Below, piece by piece: positions 60,829 to 64,000 of a stretch of DNA of 64,000 nt. Origin of the DNA: Eubacteriales bacterium (GTDB lineage Bacteria; Bacillota; Clostridia; Oscillospirales; CAG-272); contig JAZOVV010000072.1 in assembly GCA_045658925.1 (NCBI GenBank), positions 17,280 through 81,279 on the forward strand, written 5' to 3'. The notes beneath the pieces were generated by a model. The model saw nothing but the letters and a program-made list of their open reading frames with translations. It did no database searches and had not been told where the DNA came from. The stretch's first letter is position 1. Every line of letters starts with the position of its first letter. Made by a program: the position numbers and the translations under genes.

Positions 60829-61019
60829 AACCTTTTATTGTGTGTTTAAAATTTTAACTGAATCCAAGTTGCCTGTCGGGTGTGGCTTTTGTTCTGCGCA
60901 AATGGAGAAGCCCTCGGGCGCACGAAATTTGATGCAGAAGATGCAATCGACCTATCGTCGCCGTACAAAGGTACGGCAGAGAGGTCGAGTGCGGCTAAAA
61001 AGCCACACATAAAAATGAA

Positions 61020-61048
61020 GAAACCCGTCGGTTTTTTCGACGGGTTTC
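61020..61048. terminator. identical hairpin (unit 2); likely pfkA terminator on the minus strand
   Basis: Same stem. Minus-strand flank is TTCATTTTTAT. Confidence 0.6.
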
Positions 61049-61138
61049 AACCTTTTATTGTGTGTTTAAAATCTCAAATAAATTCGAATTACCTTTTGTG
61101 TGTGGCTTTTGTTCTGCGCAAATTTCGAAAGCCCGAGA

Positions 61139-62215
61139 TTATCTAAAGCCGACGTGTCCGGCAACCTTGTAGAGATTTTCAATCTCCTCGCGGCGCTTTT
61201 GGCAAAGCAGCTTCATACCTTCAAGCTGTTCTGCACTAAAGCCGTCGAGGTCGCCCTCTTCGAGCTTGTTTTTATACATACGGTCTGCAATCAATGCAAA
61301 ATGAATATCAACAGGACGAACAAAACCGTCGAGCTCGCACATAACGACGTTGCCCTTGCCCTCTGCCAACAGTTCAACCGCTTTGACCGCCATATGCGCC
61401 GCTGTTGCACGGTCACGCATAGTAGGTCTGCCGCCGCGAACAACGTGAGAGAAGCGCGCGAATTTGGTTTCGACACCGGTCTCGGCTTCGATTTTCTTTG
61501 CAAAACCTTCCGCAAAACGTGTGCCGTCGGGGTTCATAACGCCTTCGGAAACAACAACAATCATACCTCTCTTGCCCATATCACGCAAGTGAGCAATCTT
61601 CTTGATGGCAGCTTCCTCATCGAAAGGAACCTCGGGAATGGCTACTGCAACTGCCGCACTTGCGATTGCCGCATAGAGTGCGATTTGTCCACAGTCGCGG
61701 CCCATAACCTCGACAACGTTGAGACGTGCGTGAGATTCGCAGGTGTCCTTGAGGTTGTCGATCATACGCAGAGTGGTGTTTGTGGAAGTATCCAAACCGA
61801 TGGTATAGTCGGTTGCGGTAATATCGTTATCAATGGTACCGGGAATACCGATAGAAGGAATGCCGAGCTTGCTCATTTCGGTTGCGCCGCGGAAGGTTCC
61901 GTCGCCACCGATACAGATGAGCGCATCAATGCCCTCTCTCTTGCAGGTTTCAACCGCTTGGAGTCTTACCTCGTGTTGCTTGAACTCAGGAAAACGGCTG
62001 GAATACAGACGGGTGCCGCCAACAGTCATAGCGTTGTTGAGCATTTGACGTGTCATGGGAACGATTTCGCCGTTGATGAGACCTGCATAACCGCCCATAA
62101 TGCCCACAACCTCAATGCCCATTTCGGTTGCACGGTTAAAAACTGCTTTTACACACGCGTTCATACCGGGAGCGTCGCCGCCCGATGTAAGAACGCCAAT
62201 CTTCTTAAATGCCAT
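61139..62215 (-). CDS. pfkA: ATP-dependent 6-phosphofructokinase
   Basis: Trimmed to the ATG at 62215 (GGGAGGAAAGG RBS). TSGGDAPGMNA, GGDGT, PGTIDND. Confidence 0.93.
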   Translation of the reverse strand: MAFKKIGVLTSGGDAPGMNACVKAVFNRATEMGIEVVGIMGGYAGLINGEIVPMTRQMLNNAMTVGGTRLYSSRFPEFKQHEVRLQAVETCKREGIDALICIGGDGTFRGATEMSKLGIPSIGIPGTIDNDITATDYTIGLDTSTNTTLRMIDNLKDTCESHARLNVVEVMGRDCGQIALYAAIASAAVAVAIPEVPFDEEAAIKKIAHLRDMGKRGMIVVVSEGVMNPDGTRFAEGFAKKIEAETGVETKFARFSHVVRGGRPTMRDRATAAHMAVKAVELLAEGKGNVVMCELDGFVRPVDIHFALIADRMYKNKLEEGDLDGFSAEQLEGMKLLCQKRREEIENLYKVAGHVGFR

Positions 62216-62276
62216 AAGGTATCCTTTCCTCCCGCTCACGCGGGAACCGAAAAAGTAAAAAATCACAATTACCTAT

Positions 62277-62305
62277 ATTGTAATATATTATTCGCAAAAA
62301 ATCAA
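62277..62305 (-). promoter_or_regulatory. putative pfkA promoter
   Basis: Minus strand TTGATT, 17 nt spacer, TACAAT. Confidence 0.5.
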
Positions 62306-62388
62306 GACGTTATGCAAAATTTTTAGCATTATTTGTTAATTTTTTGTCGGTTTATGGGAGACTTTACCGCTCCGTTTTGCAAAACGGC

Positions 62389-62417
62389 TTGACAGCAACA
62401 TAAAATTAGAGTATAAT
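62389..62417 (+). promoter_or_regulatory. consensus promoter of the SEDS gene
   Basis: TTGACA, 17 nt spacer, TATAAT. The palindrome CCGTTTTGCAAAACGG lies immediately upstream. Confidence 0.7.
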
Positions 62418-62457
62418 GAAAATAGAAAATTATGCGCTCGCGCGGAAAGGAGAGACT

Positions 62458-63639
62458 ATGGCTATCAACTGGAACAAAATCAAGGCTGTGCTCAAAGAAG
62501 CCGTTTTGAATATTGACCCCATTTTGTTTGCGTGCGCCACGCTTCTCTCCATCATCAGCATCGTTACCGTTTGGGGTGCGGTCGACAACTTTGGTATGTC
62601 GAAATTGCGTATGCAGGTGTTCATTTTTGTTCTCGGCTTATTCGTCACCGTTGCCGTAGCGTTCTTCGATTTTCGCACCATTGTTGATAAATTATGGCTT
62701 TATATGCTCATCGGCTCGGTGGCACTCTTGGTTTTAACACTCGCGCTCGGTAGCTCGGGCGAAAATATGGAAACCTCGAACAAAAGCTGGCTCAAAATTC
62801 CCGGAACCGGACTGATGATTCAGCCCTCGGAGTTTGTAAAATTCACCTTTATTTGCACGTTTTCGCGTCACCTGTTCGCGGTTCGCCGCGAAATCAACAA
62901 ACCTCTCAACGTGCTTCTTTTGGCAGGACACGCTCTGATTGTTGTAGGACCCATTCTCGCCTCGGGCGACTTGGGAGTCGCGCTCGTTTACCTTGCAATG
63001 ATTGCCCTGATGCTCTTTTGCGCAGGTCTCCACCCCCTCTATTTTGCGGGGCTTGCGGTGGTCGTGGTGCTCCTCTCCCCTTTCCTTTGGGATATGCTCG
63101 CTACCTATCAGCAGCAGCGCATTATCGTAGGCTTTAACCCCGATGCCTACCCCGACTCAAAATACAGCTGGCAACCGCTACTCAGCAAACAAGCCATCGC
63201 CGCAGGCGGACTTGTAGGCAAGGGCGTGCTCGGCGGAGAGCACTATGAAATTCTTGCCGCTTCGCATACCGACTTTATTTTTGCTACCGTTTGTGAAAAA
63301 TTCGGCTTCCTTGGCGGATTTTTGGTGGTCGCCATCCTCATCGTGATGGTTGTTCGCATCTTTATGCTCGCGCGCTTCGCAAGCCACTCCGACTACGGCG
63401 GACTCATTTGCGTCGGCATCGGCAGCGTGCTCGCCGTACAGATTCTACTCAACCTCGGAATGTGCCTCGGGCTCTTGCCCGTTATCGGCATCACCCTCCC
63501 CTTCCTCTCCTGCGGCGGCTCCTCAATGCTTGCCGTCTTTATGATGATGGGACTCTTACATAACGTTTACAGCCACTCCCACGCCGTGCGCGTAGCGCAC
63601 AAGAGCGATACCTTTGATATTGATAGTTCACTTTTATAA
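62458..63639 (+). CDS. FtsW/RodA/SpoVE (SEDS) family peptidoglycan glycosyltransferase
   Basis: Trimmed to the ATG at 62458 (AAAGGAGAG RBS). 10-TM pattern, …SEFVKF…, …TDFIFA…, …LPVIGITLPFLSCGGSS…. Confidence 0.88.
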   Translation: MAINWNKIKAVLKEAVLNIDPILFACATLLSIISIVTVWGAVDNFGMSKLRMQVFIFVLGLFVTVAVAFFDFRTIVDKLWLYMLIGSVALLVLTLALGSSGENMETSNKSWLKIPGTGLMIQPSEFVKFTFICTFSRHLFAVRREINKPLNVLLLAGHALIVVGPILASGDLGVALVYLAMIALMLFCAGLHPLYFAGLAVVVVLLSPFLWDMLATYQQQRIIVGFNPDAYPDSKYSWQPLLSKQAIAAGGLVGKGVLGGEHYEILAASHTDFIFATVCEKFGFLGGFLVVAILIVMVVRIFMLARFASHSDYGGLICVGIGSVLAVQILLNLGMCLGLLPVIGITLPFLSCGGSSMLAVFMMMGLLHNVYSHSHAVRVAHKSDTFDIDSSLL

Positions 63640-63654
63640 AGGACGCGTTTTTTT

Positions 63655-63709
63655 GGGGGAACTTCTTGGAAGAAGTTCCCCCAAACCCCCTCAAGAACTT
63701 TCGCACAAA
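63655..63709 (+). repeat. solo type-1 REP-like module
   Basis: GGGGGAACTTCTTGGAAGAAGTTCCCCCAAACCCCCTCAAGAACTTTCGCACAAA. Confidence 0.8.
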
Positions 63710-63752
63710 AAATAACCAAATAAAGTTGTTAGTGTGCGGATAGACAATCGGC

Positions 63753-63774
63753 GCGCGTTGTAAAACGCGCTTTT
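63753..63774 (+). terminator. terminator GCGCGTT-GTAA-AACGCGC-TTTT
   Basis: 7-bp stem plus T-run downstream of the SEDS gene. Confidence 0.55.
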
Positions 63775-63849
63775 GCTGCCGCGAACGGTCAGGCGCCACC
63801 AAGACCCTGCCCGTTAAGAAAGTTGATAAGAATAAAAGGAAAATTTGAA

Positions 63850-64000
63850 ATGAAAAAATGGTTGTTGGTGCCGGCTATGGCTTTCCCTTACGCTCTTGTT
63901 GTAGGGCTTGTGCTTTCTTTAGGATTTGGTGATTACGCTCTTTTTGTTTATGTCGGTTTGTTTTTGCTCTTACCCCTCGCTTGCAACATTGCTTTTTGTA
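63850..64000 (+). CDS. 5' part of a hydrophobic (membrane) protein gene running off the window
   Basis: ATG at 63850 follows AAAGGAAAA. 50 open codons, MKKWLLVPAMAFPYALVVGLVLSLGF.... Confidence 0.4.
   Translation, partial: MKKWLLVPAMAFPYALVVGLVLSLGFGDYALFVYVGLFLLLPLACNIAFC

Larger units (their letters stand above)
60661..61135. repeat. tandem array (period exactly 220 bp; 2 full units + 35-nt start of a third) of a structured ~130-nt module plus hairpin/T-run
   Basis: Units start at 60661, 60881 and 61101. The first 192 nt of units 1 and 2 differ at 7 positions. Nested helices are TGTGGCTTTT/AAAAGCCACA, CGACCT/AGGTCG, GCCGTAC/GTACGGC and TGCGC/GCGCA. Confidence 0.85.

Noticed and set aside
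60902-61012. Very basic 36-aa ORF inside each tandem unit (MEKPSGARNLMQKMQSTYRRRTKVRQRG(R/L)VRLKSHT). The hydrophobic-start ORFs on the other strand (e.g. 60593-60790) and ORFs 60880-61146 and 61100-62326 belong to the same group.
   Set aside because: None has a Shine-Dalgarno sequence upstream. One of the few inter-copy substitutions is non-synonymous. The region is better explained by conserved RNA or DNA secondary structure.
60661-61135. Tandem unit considered as a T-box, glycine (tandem) riboswitch, c-di-GMP, SAM, 6S, SRP or hammerhead RNA.
   Set aside because: None of the hallmark sequences I know is present in the right arrangement. These include the T-box AGAGA/GGUGGUACCGCG, the glycine GGAGAG…CACCG, and the hammerhead CUGAUGA…GAAA order with flanking stems. 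The unit also lies downstream of, not upstream of, the adjacent genes.
66-62416. Longer N-terminal extensions offered by the ORF track for many genes: 66-1355, 7475-8221, 10478-11383, 14134-15138, 15221-16000, 18360-18983, 20155-21750, 42612-43556, 43526-44434, 45518-46729, 56330-57187, 58803-60185, 61139-62266 and 62416-63639.
   Set aside because: The upstream portions overlap neighbouring genes, promoters, terminators or tRNA promoters, and lack RBSs. Internal ATGs with good Shine-Dalgarno sequences coincide with the conserved protein N-termini.

Overview
This is a 64-kb chromosomal segment from a Gram-positive anaerobe. Gene content and order look Clostridia-like, but the taxon is inference only. 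I support 47 protein-coding genes (one truncated at the right edge), 2 tRNA genes, several consensus sigma-A promoters, many intrinsic terminators and three families of intergenic repeats. I recognised no rRNA, CRISPR array, transposase, integrase or reverse transcriptase.

Layout:
- 1-24.4 kb is mostly housekeeping: mreB, maf, split transketolase, tpiA, pgk, the ylmE(yggS)-sepF-ylmG-ylmH division cluster with miaA, a purine permease, and nagA plus a ROK kinase.
- 24.5-62 kb is accessory and envelope/glycan oriented.

Strongest leads:
1. A 16.7-kb locus that appears to run from one promoter (43532 down to 26826, minus strand). It encodes an ABC ATPase, a 557-aa permease, a 1,049-aa Ig/beta-helix protein and a 3,598-aa repeat protein.
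2. That 3,598-aa protein ends in a Hint (intein/Hedgehog-type) autoprocessing module followed by an unrecognised 85-aa acidic tail.
3. A 220-bp-period tandem structured module lies downstream of pfkA (60661-61135).
4. An initiator-tRNA-like gene has an aberrant T-arm. A 30-nt copy of its 3' end sits 1.35 kb away, bracketing an AT-rich mini-island that also holds a 4+4 heptamer palindromic array.
5. A ThyX-fold protein lacks the RHRxxS signature.
6. A nested palindromic REP/MITE-like repeat family is present.

Methods and limits: many start codons were moved downstream of the ORF-track starts using RBS, overlap and homology logic. All domain calls come from motif recognition by eye. No database search was run.
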